Shown: positions 37,901 through 50,939, counted from the first letter of the whole stretch. The stretch is DNA of 62,129 nt, filler included, from Nemertoderma westbladi (GCA_032718475.1; 3 parts of 3 records of this genome joined end to end with filler, not necessarily neighbours in it), one strand, 5' to 3'. Notes: generated from the sequence alone by a model not told the origin. A program made the numbers and translations.

Positions 37901-39938
37901 AAACCTTAAAAATTGCCGAAAAAAAATATTATTCGCAACAATTTGATAACAACATTACAAATTCCCGCAAAACTTGGTCGATAATTAATACTGTACTCCA
38001 CAAAACAACTTCTAAATCATCACCCAAAAAACTTATTATAAAAATGAATACCTCCGCACAAATTGTATCAGACCCAACTCAAATTACAGAAATATTCAAC
38101 GAACACTTTTCAACCATTGGAACTAAACTCCAAAGTACCTTTCCGACTTGCACACCCCGACTCCCCCCGACGCCATATTTCAAATACTAGAGTGAACTCT
38201 TTTACATTAACAAAAACATCTCCAATAGAATTATAATACCGAATCCTCAACCTCAAATTAAACTGCAGTTCTAACGATCCGTTCCCCACCAGACTACTCC
38301 GACTTGCTGCCAAACCACTTTCCCAACACCTGTGCTACTTATTCAACCTTTCAATAAAGTACGGCTTTTTTCCCGATTCATTAAAAATTGCTAAAGTTAT
38401 ACCACTATTCAAATCAGACGATCCTACAGACCCGAATAATTACCGTCCTATATCATTACTACCAGTACTAAGCAAAATTCTAGAACAATTAATTAATGAA
38501 CAATTACAATCCTACTTAAACAAATACTCCATGTAATTACAGAATCCCAATACGGCTTTGGACCAAAAACAACCACCTCTCACGCACTACTATCTATAAC
38601 GGAAAAAATTAACTCTGTTTGATTGCCATCATTCAACATGCACCTTATACATTGACCTTAAAAAGGCCTTTGATACCATAGACCACAAAATCCTTATTAA
38701 TAAGCTTGAGACCTATGGTATCAGAGGCCTACCCCTTCAACTTATTTCGAGTTTCCTCTATAATCGCAAACAATTTGTCTCCATTGACGGCATTAATTCA
38801 ACTTTATTACCTATCATTTGTGGTGTCCCCCAGGGATCGGTCCTCTCTCCCATACTATTTCTCATTTTTATTAATGACTTACCCAAAGCAACAAACTTAC
38901 TTAGTACACTTTTCGCTGACGACACAACTCTACTCAACTGAACATTCAATTTTTATTTAATTTAATTTCATTTCATTTCATTTTTTTGTTGTTTACATTT
39001 AATATCTATTAGGACCCCATGCACCCTCACATGGAGAAACGTTTTTTCTGCTACTTTTTTTTCAAAAAAAGTTGCTCCGTGTAAGGTGGTCAGTAATTAA
39101 GTTACTAGAAACACTCAAAAACATTTCGCAACAAAAGTTTGTGTTATTTTTTTCCCTAGGGAAAAAGTACTTATTTTTCTCTCTATACGTACGTATTATT
39201 CACATAAAATCTTAATATTTGTAATAAGAAATGGGTGAATTTATTAGTATTAACTGTGGTTTGGTACATATTAGTAATATGGGAATAGAATGTTATAGAA
39301 TAACGAAAAAAAAAATGAAGAGAGCTGCTGAGCTGAAGATTTAAGAAGACGGTTGAACCGAGCCCGAATATCACGTCAGGCAAACGAGACTTACCGCTGC
39401 GCCGGTACTTCACTTTCCGTTCACTAGTACCCAAGGTATTGTTCGTGGTAATTTCCTGCACATTTAAGGCCCGGGTTCTTACCTTGAATCAATCCTCGCG
39501 CCCACGCGCTCTGGCCCTTCGCGATTTCAGGTACGGCCCGCCCCCCCCTACTCCACTCTGCTCGCTTCCTCTCCACTCCGATTTTCGCGTTTTTAGAATA
39601 TTCGGTGACGGTTCTATTTAAAGACTATTCAGTGAACACTGTAGATATTTCTTTTTTATATTTTAATATTTTTCATTTATTTATCAAGTAAATTAAATTC
39701 ACCTTTGTAAATTAAGACGTAAACAAACAATTGCTATTTTCACTTAATTGACAGCTTTAATTTCTTTGTATTGTAGTTATAATTTTAACAGCTATGAGTT
39801 CTTTGGTTGTTATTGTGTCAGGTGAGTCGATGATATTAAGTTTCTTGATGTAGCTCTCTTTGCCAATGTCAATGCCCGTCGTTCTTGCTGATCCTCGCTT
39901 AGATGCTTGGTGGGAATTGGATGTCGGCTGCTGAAATC
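34997..39938 (+). repeat. ~2.4-kb tandem segmental duplication of a composite of L2/Crack-like LINE, unknown repeat and Gypsy fragment
   Basis: Copy 1 ~34997-37510, copy 2 ~37525-39938. KAWITESLLKSIRTKDKLY occurs in both; NYRPISLLP, DLKKAFDTIDH, GVPQGS and FADD occur in copy 2. Confidence 0.88.
35720..36177 (+). mobile_element. 5'-truncated LINE insertion with a 13-bp TSD ATAATACCGAATC
   Basis: TSD at 35707-35719 and 36178-36190; empty site in the duplicate at ~38233. Encodes a CRLC..DKDHGLSC zinc-knuckle remnant. Confidence 0.8.
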
Positions 39939-40085
39939 ACAGGGCATTTCCTTTCCAGGAAGATGTTTCATTTTGAAGTTGAGGTCTTGTATCTGATCGG
40001 TCAGGGTGGATCAAAGATCGATCGGTCTGGTGTTTGGAGATTCGCTTGGAGGTTGCTTTTTGGGAGTTGAATAGTGGTATCAGTG
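39790..40085 (-). mobile_element. Gypsy pol RNase H C-terminal fragment (partial duplicate at ~37360-37510)
   Basis: QIQDLNFKMKHLPGKEMPCDFSSRHP matches the LQ.Y.F.I.Y.PGK.N.AD.LSR motif. Confidence 0.65.
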
Positions 40086-40195
40086 GTTCGAATAAAGTTT
40101 ATATTTTTTTACTATTAATTATTATTAAATAATTGATTATTATTAATTTTAAAATTAATAATTATTAATAAATCAATTACTGAAACTAATTTCAG

Positions 40196-40322
40196 GTTGA
40201 GTCTTGTAATCGGATGTTTTCTAGATGGGAAAATCTTAAGATTCATTTACGGAACCACACTGGAGAAAGGCCCTGCCCATGCACAATCCCAATGTGTTAC
40301 AAAGCGTTCAGTAACAGCTCTG
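40196..40322 (+). CDS. GLI/GLIS-family C2H2 zinc-finger exon (finger 3 into finger 4)
   Basis: ttcag|[42 protein letters not shown]|gtacgt, closely matching the GLIS1/3 pattern [19 protein letters not shown]...CxKAFSNSSD. Confidence 0.85.
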
Positions 40323-40627
40323 GTACGTAAAATAGTAAATTAATAGGATAATTTTTTAGTTTATTTAAACTCCGTTCACTGTGTTATCTTCCACTATCTG
40401 TTTTCCAAGTCGCCTTGGTTTCCATTTAACGACCAGTTAAGGATGAAAGCCAGGGTGGTGGTGCTATCACCAGCTGATAGGTTGGTTGCTAGGCTACCAA
40501 CCAAACATACACACATAAACAGCATTGTTTCCAAAATTGTAACATTACTCAAAGTCATTAGTAATAACAGTGAGTTGTTATTCAGCACTTTACAACCTTT
40601 GATGACATTACAGCATATAGTATCCTG

Positions 40628-41005
40628 TAGATTAACAGAGTACTGCCTGTTCAGGGACCTAGATGCAGCCTTAACTGCATTCTTGGCCGCTGTAGTCTGT
40701 TTGAGTCGGGACTCTTTCTGCGCCTTATATAGGTCATTTCGGCCCTTCTGGATTTTGTTGTCAGTCCGGGGGGCCCTTTTCCTGTTTCGAGGGTATACAG
40801 GAACTGTTTCTGCAGCTGCTAACTTAACTGCTTGTGTGAAGGCAGTCTTGCTCAGCTGTAGTGTGAAGCTGGATCTCACACTTGGGTGTTGCAACAGAGA
40901 GGACCAGTCATGCCGCGGCAAGGCAGATTTCGTTGTTCTGCTAGCACGCAGACTAAGTCTTACCTTGGCCACAATAAGGCGGTGATCACTGGAGAAGGGT
41001 CGAAG
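40628..41005 (-). mobile_element. RTE-like LINE fragment (end of APE endonuclease and linker)
   Basis: SSDHRLIVAKVRLSLR...DWSSL motif in ORF 40394-41089. Confidence 0.7.
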
Positions 41006-41174
41006 TGTAAAAGCATTACTATGGTCATAGTCTGAAATAATAGCATTGTCGTACAATAACACACAACAGAGCAATACATTCGAATACAAGAAATTATAAT
41101 TTAATTTATTAATTCAATGGGGGGGGGGGGGGGGGAGTCATCAGGGCGTGCCAGGGGAGAAATTTGTATGGAAA

Positions 41175-41395
41175 CCTCCATGAACGGAACCATGGACCCT
41201 AACTTCTCTGAATGCCGCCATCCCAGAACCATGGACCCCACCTTGTCTGACAGCCTCCATCCCCGGAACCATGGACCCCGCCCAGTCTGACAGCCTCCAT
41301 CCGCAGAACATGGACCCCGAGGACCATGGACCAACTTGTCTGAAAGTCTCCAACATTGGAACCATGGACCCCCTACTTCTACAAAATATGACAAA
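41175..41395. repeat. Minisatellite, ~40-bp unit
   Basis: Repeated gaaccatggacccc...tctgacagcctccatcc. Confidence 0.8.
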
Positions 41396-41420
41396 ATGTT
41401 TTTGTCAAACCCGGCATAGC

Positions 41421-42293
41421 ACTGGCTCCAGAAGTCGAGGAAATCCTGCCAAGTACCTAACTGATCTAGACTTTGCTGATGACTTAGGAGTACTCTCAGA
41501 ATCATTAGAGGGAGCCCAGCGGCTCCTCAGCTCATTAGACCATGCTGCTTCTAGTGTTGGTCTTTTTATTAACTCCAGAAAGACCAAAATTCTGACAGTT
41601 AACTTTGAAAGTCCTCAGCAAGTCTCTGATCGGATGAGCATAAGCTCAAAGGATGGTATGCTTGAGCATGTGGACGACTTCTGTTACCTGGGATCATGGA
41701 TCCGGAAGTCAGGTGAGGACCTTCGAATACGTAAGGGAAAGGTATGGGCAGCCTTGAATAGGCTTTCCAGGATTTGGAAGTCACCGAGAATTAATCGGAA
41801 ACTTAAGGTCCGATTATTTAGAGCAGCACGTAGTTCCAGTACTCCCTCTATGGGAGTCCATGCTGGGCTCTAACTGCTGAGGACACCAAATCTCTGGATG
41901 GCACATTCACAAGAATGCTACGCCGGGTACATTGTGTCAAGTACAATGCACACATCTCCAACCAGACACTATATAACATTGGAGGTGTCTCATTGGTTCC
42001 CCCAAGCTTGACACTAGAACAAAATCGCCTCCGCTTTGCAGGACATTGCTTTCGCCGTGAGGACCAGCCAGTGCATAATCTTGTACTTTGGCAGCCTCAT
42101 GGAGTGAATAAGCATGGTGGACAGCCCATGACTTTCTTGAGACGCATCTTAAAGGACACTGGCCTTGAAGATGCGGATGATCTAGCAAATGTCATGGGTG
42201 ATAGGGAGTTGTGGCGGTGCAATTTTGTTGACAAGCCGGCACAGCATTCTTAAAAATGCAGCTGCAATGCAGCATGCCGATCCTAGTAGTAGT
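41421..42293 (+). mobile_element. 5'-truncated RTE-like LINE (same family as 1480-2500)
   Basis: LDFADD motif, a frameshift near 41830, and a tagtagtag tail. Confidence 0.9.
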
Positions 42294-42794
42294 ATAGCAT
42301 CTCAATGTGCAGTTTCAATGCTGTAGGCCGACTATAGTAGTTGTAGTTATTGGTTCGACCCATTAAACCTAATCCATCATGTCTGTCCCCTTCCATACTA
42401 TTACACTTGTACAGATAGTCTAATATTTATTGCTGAAGACTTACAACACATCGTACGCAACCATCTCTACTCATTTTTCCATCTGGCCCGGCACTGTGGC
42501 AACTCAAACCGTAGCCAACTGCCACAAGTGATGTAAGAATCAATAAGTGTTTCATAATTATTGAAAGGAATTTATACTAAAGAGATTGTAAATGTTTAAT
42601 ATAATATATGAACAAAATAAATAATATTATTTCAAATAATAATAACAATGCTATAATAAATCAAAAGCAAACGCACAAATGGAACAAGTTTTCCACGAAA
42701 TCTGGGGTTGTACGAGAGAGATAAGTAAACTTTGGCTGCATACATTAGGCAGCTGTAAACGGGGTGTGGGGCTGAACCTGCGAAATCATTTAAT

Positions 42795-43020
42795 CAAGGT
42801 AACTCCTTTTGTAGTTGGCCGACTCGCTGTGATATGAATGTCTGACAGGCTGGCTGAGATCCTATTACAGATCCAAGTACCCGGTGTCCATAGGGAAGTT
42901 GGATGCCGGTTCCTGCTATAATCGCCTCTGCCTGAGCTCTGTGCTCTTCCTTTACGATAAAGTAGATTTCATATGATATGGGAAATACCCATATCCTGGC
43001 CCTATTGAGTTCACCACCTC
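42795..43020 (-). mobile_element. CRE-like non-LTR RT fragment
   Basis: IVKEEHRAQAEAIIAGTGIQL..GHRVLGSVIGS resembles the post-YxDD region of CRE-type RTs. Confidence 0.55.
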
Positions 43021-43043
43021 CCAATAATCTCTTAACTATTTAG

Positions 43044-43143
43044 NNNNNNNNNNNNNNNNNNNNNNNNNNNNNNNNNNNNNNNNNNNNTTAATTAATTAAN
43101 NNNNNNNNNNNNNNNNNNNNNNNNNNNNNNNNNNNNNNNNNNN
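43044..43143. other. Artificial assembly gap linker
   Basis: N44-TTAATTAATTAA-N44. Confidence 0.97.
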
Positions 43144-43610
43144 TGGTACTCCAAATAGATGGGCCTTGAAAACACATGGATTTTTGGGAAGAGGTTAGAC
43201 GAAATAGCGGTAAACAAAAGTTTCCTAAAGATGAAAAGCGGGTGGCGTAATTGTGTATAGATGAAGTTTTAGTAAATAAAGAACCGAGTTCAGAGGTGGG
43301 GCTTATAATGTGGTGGTGGATATCATGCATGAAAAGGCCAGCCTGGTGTTTATACAGTAAGTTTAAAGGTAGGATTCGTAGTGATTTGTATAGAGGCGCA
43401 GAGGACGATTGTGAGTGACTGAAAGTAATGCATCTGATAATTTTGTTTATTTTAACTCTAAGTGGATGAAGGGTGGTGGAATGAGTACTTCCTCAAAGTA
43501 GAATACCGTACTGTGTATGTAAGGGTGAATTAGGGTGAAATAAAGTTGACGTAGAATATTTAGAGGGAAGATATAGCGCAATTTGTAGAAAATTCCAGAG
43601 ATTTTAGATA
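43144..43610 (-). mobile_element. L2/Crack-like LINE ORF2 3' fragment
   Basis: KIIRCITFS...SAPLYKSLRILPL...HNYATR...QGPSIW. Confidence 0.7.
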
Positions 43611-43881
43611 TTTTTTTAATATATTTTTTAAATTTTTAATTTATGTAAAATTATGTAGTTTTCTTTAGTATCAGATCACAATTCGCGCACAGAGGCAGTG
43701 TGGTTCATTTGTGGGTCTAATCAAATATCCTTCTTCAGAAACTCACCCCCGTAGTTTACCAGCAACAATGCGCGCACATATTGTAATGTAACAAAAATAA
43801 CCTGCATTACATCGAATAAATCAATCAATAATATAAACAGATATCAAATACCAACTTTAGTAAATGGGTTGTTATTATTAC

Positions 43882-46800
43882 CTCGTGATCGAATAAGGAG
43901 TAGGCCTTGGATATCCGGTAGAGTTGGGCCTGTCCGGGTCCGGACGCGTCCCGGAAGTACTCGTGAGCCGGAAAGGTCCGGTCGATATCCCGTCGGATAA
44001 CCCCGTCCATCCCGGTGTCCCTCCGGATGAGTATCCGGTAGCGCTCGGTGAGCTCGTCCTTTCGAGCCGAGTCGCACCCTGCGAGCCGTTGCCAGACCTC
44101 GCCTCGCAACGCCTCCGGGACACCCTCCGCACGCACCAACCGCACTATATCCTTAGGCCGGGGAGCGACCGTTCCCTCGTTCCGCCCCGTTCCCCCGCTC
44201 TCGTTCCACGCACGCAACCCTCTCGCCCACGAGATCATTAAACTATCGCTACACTCCCGAGTAACCGAACCGCAACCGGACAGCATCGGCTCGTCGTCCT
44301 CCTCCGATTGGTTGCTATCTGGCAGGCTCCCGCCACTCCCCCCAACCGCCCCGCTGGCCTCAACCTCGGCGCCGCTCACCACGCTGACGACGCTGTACTT
44401 GCGGTCCCCCTCGTCCCGTAGCTTAGCAACGTAGTCTTCGTGCTGGAGTTTGCGACCCCCGTGGTACCAGAACCGCTCGTTGCTAGGGAACACTTTGAGT
44501 CGCAACTCCATTATGAACCGAACCGGTTCGGTGACCCCCACGATGACCAGGTCGACCGCTAGTTTGGCGGTGATTCTGTCACCATGGAGATTGGCGGTAG
44601 ACGAGTCTGGGTCCCACAGACCCGAGACCTGTTAATCAAGTAGACGATAAAATATTGCGAAAAACTATATTTTAAAACGGAGGAGAAAAAGGACACGATT
44701 CTAAAAAAATGAATTTATATTTCTGCAATAAGATGCCAACCCACTCTGACCCCAAATACTACCAGGTTTCTCTTAAATATATATTTATTATTTATTAACC
44801 GCAACATTCTAAAGCAAAATCAAAAGGTCACCCGAGGCCGGAGGCGAGCCGAAGGCTCCTCTTTCGATAGCTGCTACCCGAGGGTAGCGGTGGCTTTACA
44901 TCAAAAAATATGAGACCCTTTTTTTAAACGAAAAATAAATTAGGCCCTACCCCAATCATGATGAACTAGTTGCTGCACTACAGACAGACATCATCTTCTG
45001 GGGGTGAGTAGCCTACAAAACAGAGACCCAATTAAGTAACCTGCATAATCTTGTAACATGTGATAACTTTCGTTTATTGTTTTGGTTCCCCCAACACGCC
45101 TCTGTAACCTGCTCCTTTACTAACCTGATCCTTTAAATGGCAATGTGACTTAACGCTCTTTGGGACCTAACGCGCTTGGGACCTAACACGACTTTACCTC
45201 TTTGTTTTGTACAGGTCGCAAAGAACGTTAGGTCGCATTGCTATTTAAAGGAACAAGTTAGTAAAGGAGCAGGTTACAGAGGCGTGTTGGGGGAACCAAA
45301 ACAATAAACGAAAGTTAACACGTGTGATTTGCATAGGTCTTTGATCTTTGTTTTGTACTCACCCAAAAAGTGTGTATACATTTTGAGGTAGGCTCTATTT
45401 AAATTTAATTTCACAAATTTTCTAAAAAAATTCCGGTATAACTTTCGGTTAATATCCACCCCCTTTAGAACACAGAACTTTGGATTGATACAGAAATATA
45501 TTACAATATAACCGAATGACCTGGTAGGAATGTTCATCCCCGGTGGTTCCCATGGATTCGATCTCCAACAACTGGAAGGTCTGCTGACCCTCATCGGTAG
45601 ACAGCAGCAGACCGAAACACCGCTCTATCGGTAGGAATATATTGGAGACCTGAGTTACAGTGAGAAGGAAGGACTTACGGAGATTTTGTCGGACTTTAAA
45701 GAAACCTCGATCCAGGGTAACGGAACTCCTGGGGTGAAAGCAATAAAAGGAAACGTGAATAGAACACCGGTATTTAGAATAAGAATATTTAATATATTAT
45801 ATACTAATAAAATGATCTCCGGTATTAGAGAGTCGAGATTTTAGAATCATGGCTCTGCCGCAAAGAAATCAATAATTCCTAGTTCTAACTTTGAATATTT
45901 TTAGCTACAATCGTTTTAAAAGACGTTGCACCGCAGTAATTACATTTTATATTCTATTATAGTATTTTTGATACCAACGGAAAGCCGAGCAGGGATTCCA
46001 AATTTAATGTAATAAATACTGATGTTCGTTGAGAAATAGCTGAGGCTCTGCAATTAATGGAAAAGTTGTTGAAGAGTTGGAAGAAGAGAGCTTTGAGCTT
46101 GTCAGTTGTCGGCGTAGGAATTTTATACGCCCAACTGCTAAACCGCCCAAACTGCCAAAGGAGAATATAAAATAAGGGATGGTATTTTCGTTCGCATTTC
46201 ATATTTTAGATACTGTGCAATACAGCCATACCGGTAGGTTTGATCTCAATTTTACCTGTTCCCTTTGAGGTCCTCCTCCTTTAACTCGAGACTCATATCG
46301 AAGTGGAACACGTGTTCCCCGTCCGATAACTCCGCTGGGCCGCAAGGGGGCGCTGTCTGTTTGAACTCGCCCCGCTTAGCTACCAGATGTAGGCTGGTGT
46401 ACAGACGAGCCACTGCGTCCACCAGCTGACATCGGAACACATGGCACATAAACGTTTTCGAATCTGGATCGTGGACAGACAGACACAGACAATCCTTGTA
46501 CCGCTGGGAAGAAGGCTCCCCTCGGTAGAAATATATAATGTTTTCCAGGGATATTATTTTTATTACTTTATAATCTGTTGGGTCGATGATTTTAATCGTC
46601 TCTTCAGGAACAACAGGAATCGCCAAAACTATAGGTATAAAAGAATTCTCTTGGATTAAACAATCCATAAGAGCGGTAACTTCGTTGGAATTGCATGGTT
46701 TGGAAATAGTAGACGAACCCAAATAAGCAATCCCATTGTAGTCTGTAGTTTGATTACTCGAGTTACTCCCGGTACTATGGTTACCAGACATAGCTTCCTT

Positions 46801-46971
46801 CATTGATTCCTCGAATTTCGATGTATCGCATACATTGAGTCCGAGGGCCGAACCATTGTCGACGTCGTGAGGGTCGTTAACCAATTCCTTGGAATGACCC
46901 ACTCCTAATACAACGTAATCTTCAGAGGTCGATGATATAGAACTGTAGCTAATAGCTTCCTCAATCGACAT
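43882..46971 (-). CDS. RABGAP1: Rab GTPase-activating protein 1-like (PTB/PID, DUF3694-like and start of TBC domain); 3' part missing
   Basis: Exons 46971-46256, 45728-45521 and 44628-43882, phases consistent. YLGSS...CHVFRC (PID), ERCFGLLLS, DDEPMLSGCG, GVPEALRGEVWQRLAG, IRRDIDRTFPAHEYF, KAYSLFDHE. Confidence 0.9.
45057..45323. mobile_element. Palindromic MITE in a RABGAP1 intron
   Basis: taactttcgtttattgttt..ggttcccccaacacgcctctgtaacctgctcctttactaac is mirrored at 45255-45320. Confidence 0.8.
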
Positions 46972-47059
46972 CGATCACGACATATAGTCCAGTAGTCTGA
47001 CATATAATACTGTAGTACTAGTCTGCTAGTAGGCCTACTGCTGTGCTGTACTCTGTACT

Positions 47060-48060
47060 CAGGGTTCAACCGAATATTCGGATTCGGACGAGTACGGTCC
47101 GACGAATCTGTACAAAAAAGTTCAAAATAGTACAATATAGTACAAAAGAGTACAATAAAGCGCAAAAATAGTACAAAAGAGTGCAAAAATAGTACAAAAG
47201 AGTACAAACGAGTGAGAAACGCATACAAAACGTGTATACCAGTGTAGTCTACACTACACTACACTTGTATATAAATATAATTAATTGTAAGCAAATGCAA
47301 CGGGACCGAAATATGCGCCGCTACAGTCTGACAGTGTCAATCACTAGCGGCCTTGGTTCTGTGATCATTATGAAATGATTGACAGAACTTTGATTCTTGT
47401 AGATTTTGACTGGCTTACAAGTAGAAATAGGCTACAGTTCGTATAATACAGTATAATGCCATAATGCAATACTATGCTATGCAGTGGGTAGATAAAACTC
47501 CTATAACTGTATAACTGAGACTCAAAATATAGGTCATAGTCTTAAAGTAGCCCATATACTGAAGGATAGTCTGTATGCTACTGTACATTATGTAGGCTAT
47601 GTATGTCTGTATGTACGCCTCTATCTGCAACTTTATTGAGTTCTCCCTCCAGCCCTCTGCAATTTTGCGGGCTTGGGACCGTGTTTTGTGTTTTTTGAAC
47701 ACAAAGGGCTGCATTAAAACTCATAAGATTGTATTGTAATAGGGGCCTACTCTCTGACTGCTAGACAGCTAGATCAGCCCCCGCTCAATGCATGGGTCGC
47801 CCCACAATCAGACAATGCTTTGTTTTATTTTGCACATCATGTGCGCCCCTCTAAACGATTTGAACTACACTTGACACGTTTTGCAAGCGTTTCTCACTCG
47901 TTTGTACTATTTTTGCACTCTTTTGTACTATTTTTGCACTTTATTGTATTCTTTTGTACTATATTGTACTATTTTGTATTTTTTTGTACTTTTTTGTACA
48001 AATTCGTCGGACCCGACGAGTACGGTACTTTCGGCTCCGATTCGGATCCGGCAAAAAATT
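47060..48060. mobile_element. MITE-like element with ~150-bp inverted arms built from 10-11-bp subrepeats
   Basis: (tagtacaaaaga)-type arrays at 47100-47235 are mirrored at 47872-48012. Confidence 0.7.
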
Positions 48061-48781
48061 TGTCGAATTTTTACCGAATGCTTTTGTTGTTTTTCTGTAT
48101 TTCAATTCAAAATTTTCATAATTATTACTGCTAGAACTGTAGAAGTATAAATTAATGTTTTTTAGTTCAAATTATTAAATATATTATTTACAATAACTAT
48201 TTCACACAGTCATATGACTGTATGAGTAGCCTACCGGTATAGGCCTACCAAATTTAGCCTTTTGTACAAGCGCATGATTTAGTAGAATTTCAATTTCAAA
48301 CGGGTTCCAATGATACTATTTTATTAATTACTGGAGTAGGTTTGGAAATACAAGTTGGAATCCTGGAATCTATTACTGGAATTACATTAGGTGTAGCGCT
48401 ACTGACCTGACCTAGACCTACTCCTACTGCCTACAGTATTTTAACATGAAAATGCGAGCGCAACGAGCCAGACAATTTTGCAGAAATGTAGTAGGCCTAA
48501 ATACAGTAGGGGTAATATTCAGATAGTACTGTAGTAGGCTGGTAGGTCAACCGACTTTTTTTAAATACAGATGTGATTAAATTGCGAGCGCAGCGAGCAA
48601 AAAATTTTAATATTTTTGGTAGGTCAACCGATTGTTTTTTACTTACAGACATGATAGATGTGATTATGAATTAAATCTGAGTGTAGCGAGCACGGGAAAT
48701 CTGCTGAATCGTGGTTTTAGGCTATATTGGTGTGAACAATTGAAAAACCTTTCAAACAACTCATTATTAAACGTTGATTAT

Positions 48782-49859
48782 CCCTCCCCCGGTATGGTAA
48801 AAAATTATCCTTCACCGGTAACATGGGGTATTTTTATACCCCAAATTGATAAGACATTTTAAGTAACATTAAACAGAAAAACACTTGCAATCCCCCTCCC
48901 AGAATTTGCCAAATGGTGAAAAAATAAGTTGTGAATTTTTTTTTTCAATTTGGTTGAAGTCTACCCAACGCTCAATGCTACAAAAGTTATCCCACTACAA
49001 TCGCGATCATCGTTAACGTCGCGATGGGGCGTTTTGGAACAAGATACTATCATAGCGAAGCATTAGCTGTGAGAGTGTTTCTCATTTTAGGTTTTTTAGT
49101 GGTGTTATGGCCGGGTCAAGTACACCCTGAAGTATACCATTGCATTTCCAATAAGCATAAAATGAGTCAAATACCACCACTAAAAGTCAACAAAGTGATA
49201 TATATATATACAGATATATCACCTCGCAATAGCACAAGATCTTGAATTGTAATATGAAATATACACCATGCTGCCATGCATGACTGCAAAAGTACTGATG
49301 ATTTGGTCATAAAATGTGATTATTGTGCAACTAAATTATACATTGCAGTTTCAATGAACCCAAAATGAGACCCAAAAGGCCAGAACACCTCTAAGAAAGC
49401 CTACAATAAGAATTATTCACATATACTTAGCAATCTATCACATCGCGATTAGGACGAAGTCTTGGCTTGTGAAATACAGGCCATACACAATACAGTAGCA
49501 TCATAATACTGATAATTTGGTCTTAAAACTGTAAAAGTCAAAGTTAAAACATGCCTCTAGCTGTCTAGTACAACTAAATCGACAATTGTGGTTCCAATGA
49601 AACCAAAATGAGTCACAAAGCACCATAACGTTATGGGGTATTTTTATACCCCATCTTACCTAACTAAGTTGTTTTCAAATTAAGGGCCCATAACATTTTT
49701 CATAAACAAAATTTTATGGGTTTGACCCACACAATCGTTAGATTACAAGTTTTTTGGAAGATACTATGAAGTTGGACATACATAATATGAAAGATTGTCG
49801 AAAAATATCAAAAGTAATCCCCTTGGGGTATTATTTTACCCCACGTTACCGGGGGAGGG
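48782..49859. mobile_element. piggyBac-like MITE with TTAT target duplication
   Basis: TTAT|ccctcccccggta ... taccgggggaggg|TTAT; internal ggggtattttttatacccc palindromes. Confidence 0.75.
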
Positions 49860-50939
49860 TTATTAAACACATTAAAACTTTGGCCTGATATTGTGTATTG
49901 GCCATGATAATTAAAGTGGATTGGATACGGTACCTTCAATGCCTGAATGCTCAATCTATCGGTTTGTCCATAATGTGGGTGATAAAATATCACTGTCTGA
50001 CTGTAGTCAAATATCCCTATTATTACTGCAGACTGCAGTACTGTATTACAGTTATTCTGTTATTTGAATGATAAATAAGAGTAGGGCGTTATGCAATAGC
50101 TGAATAGGCATAATAGGCCTACACAAACGCGAGCGAAGTGAGCGAAAATTTTTAAGGCCTAGGCCTAAATCTTTTTAAAAATAGGCTGATAGGCTCTACT
50201 GGCAGACTGGGTGTGGGTGACTGGTAGAATTTCAAGTACAGAAGTAGAGTCAGAGAGTGACAGGATAGGCTATGTTGCCAGTGCATTTTGCTACTGTACA
50301 TGACATCCATTTCCGCGCCAGGATCCTCAATGCGCGCCACACGCCCCTGTTCTGCTGTTCCTTCGCACCAGGCAGCCAGGACCCTAAATTCGCGCCACAC
50401 ATGTTGAGCAAACTCTACCGGTACATAAATTGAAATTCCAACCTGGATACATGTTAAAGTCTGAAAGTACCAAGTACAACTGTCAGACTGTACCGTACTG
50501 TTTGCTAGGCATACTGCCAGATATAGGCCTATAGCTGTATAGTACACGTTCGTGGGGCCTTCGCGCAGCACGAGGCCCAGTTATGAGATACAAATTAAAA
50601 TTGTGCGACTGTATCACAAAATCAGGTTATGAGAGATTAACCCACACCACCAATTAATCAAAGAAAGGGGGACAGTACGTGTTCACCCCTTTTAATCTGC
50701 ACCCCCCCCCCCCCCTCCCCCACCCACCAATACATAACCGCGACATCTACCACCCACGGAAGGGTAGCACAAACTTATTTTCAAACGCACGTTCAATATG
50801 CAAAGCCAGGTGGTTTATAGGAATATAATCAATGCAGTACTCGTCTTCATTATAAGCCTCTTTGCGTTCGACCTGTTTTATATTAAAATATATTTATTAA
50901 ACGCAGGCTGACGCTCTTTATAATAATAATACCTAGGGA

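Noticed and set aside
18797-40322. Joining the DSGLGAS-containing exon candidate to the GLI/GLIS exon as one gene
   Set aside because: The donor is phase 1 in the preferred frame while the finger exon starts in phase 0, and the intervening finger exons were not found, so the link is unsupported.
43878-44635. Several overlapping GC-rich ORFs on both strands
   Set aside because: They are shadow frames of RABGAP1 exon 3.
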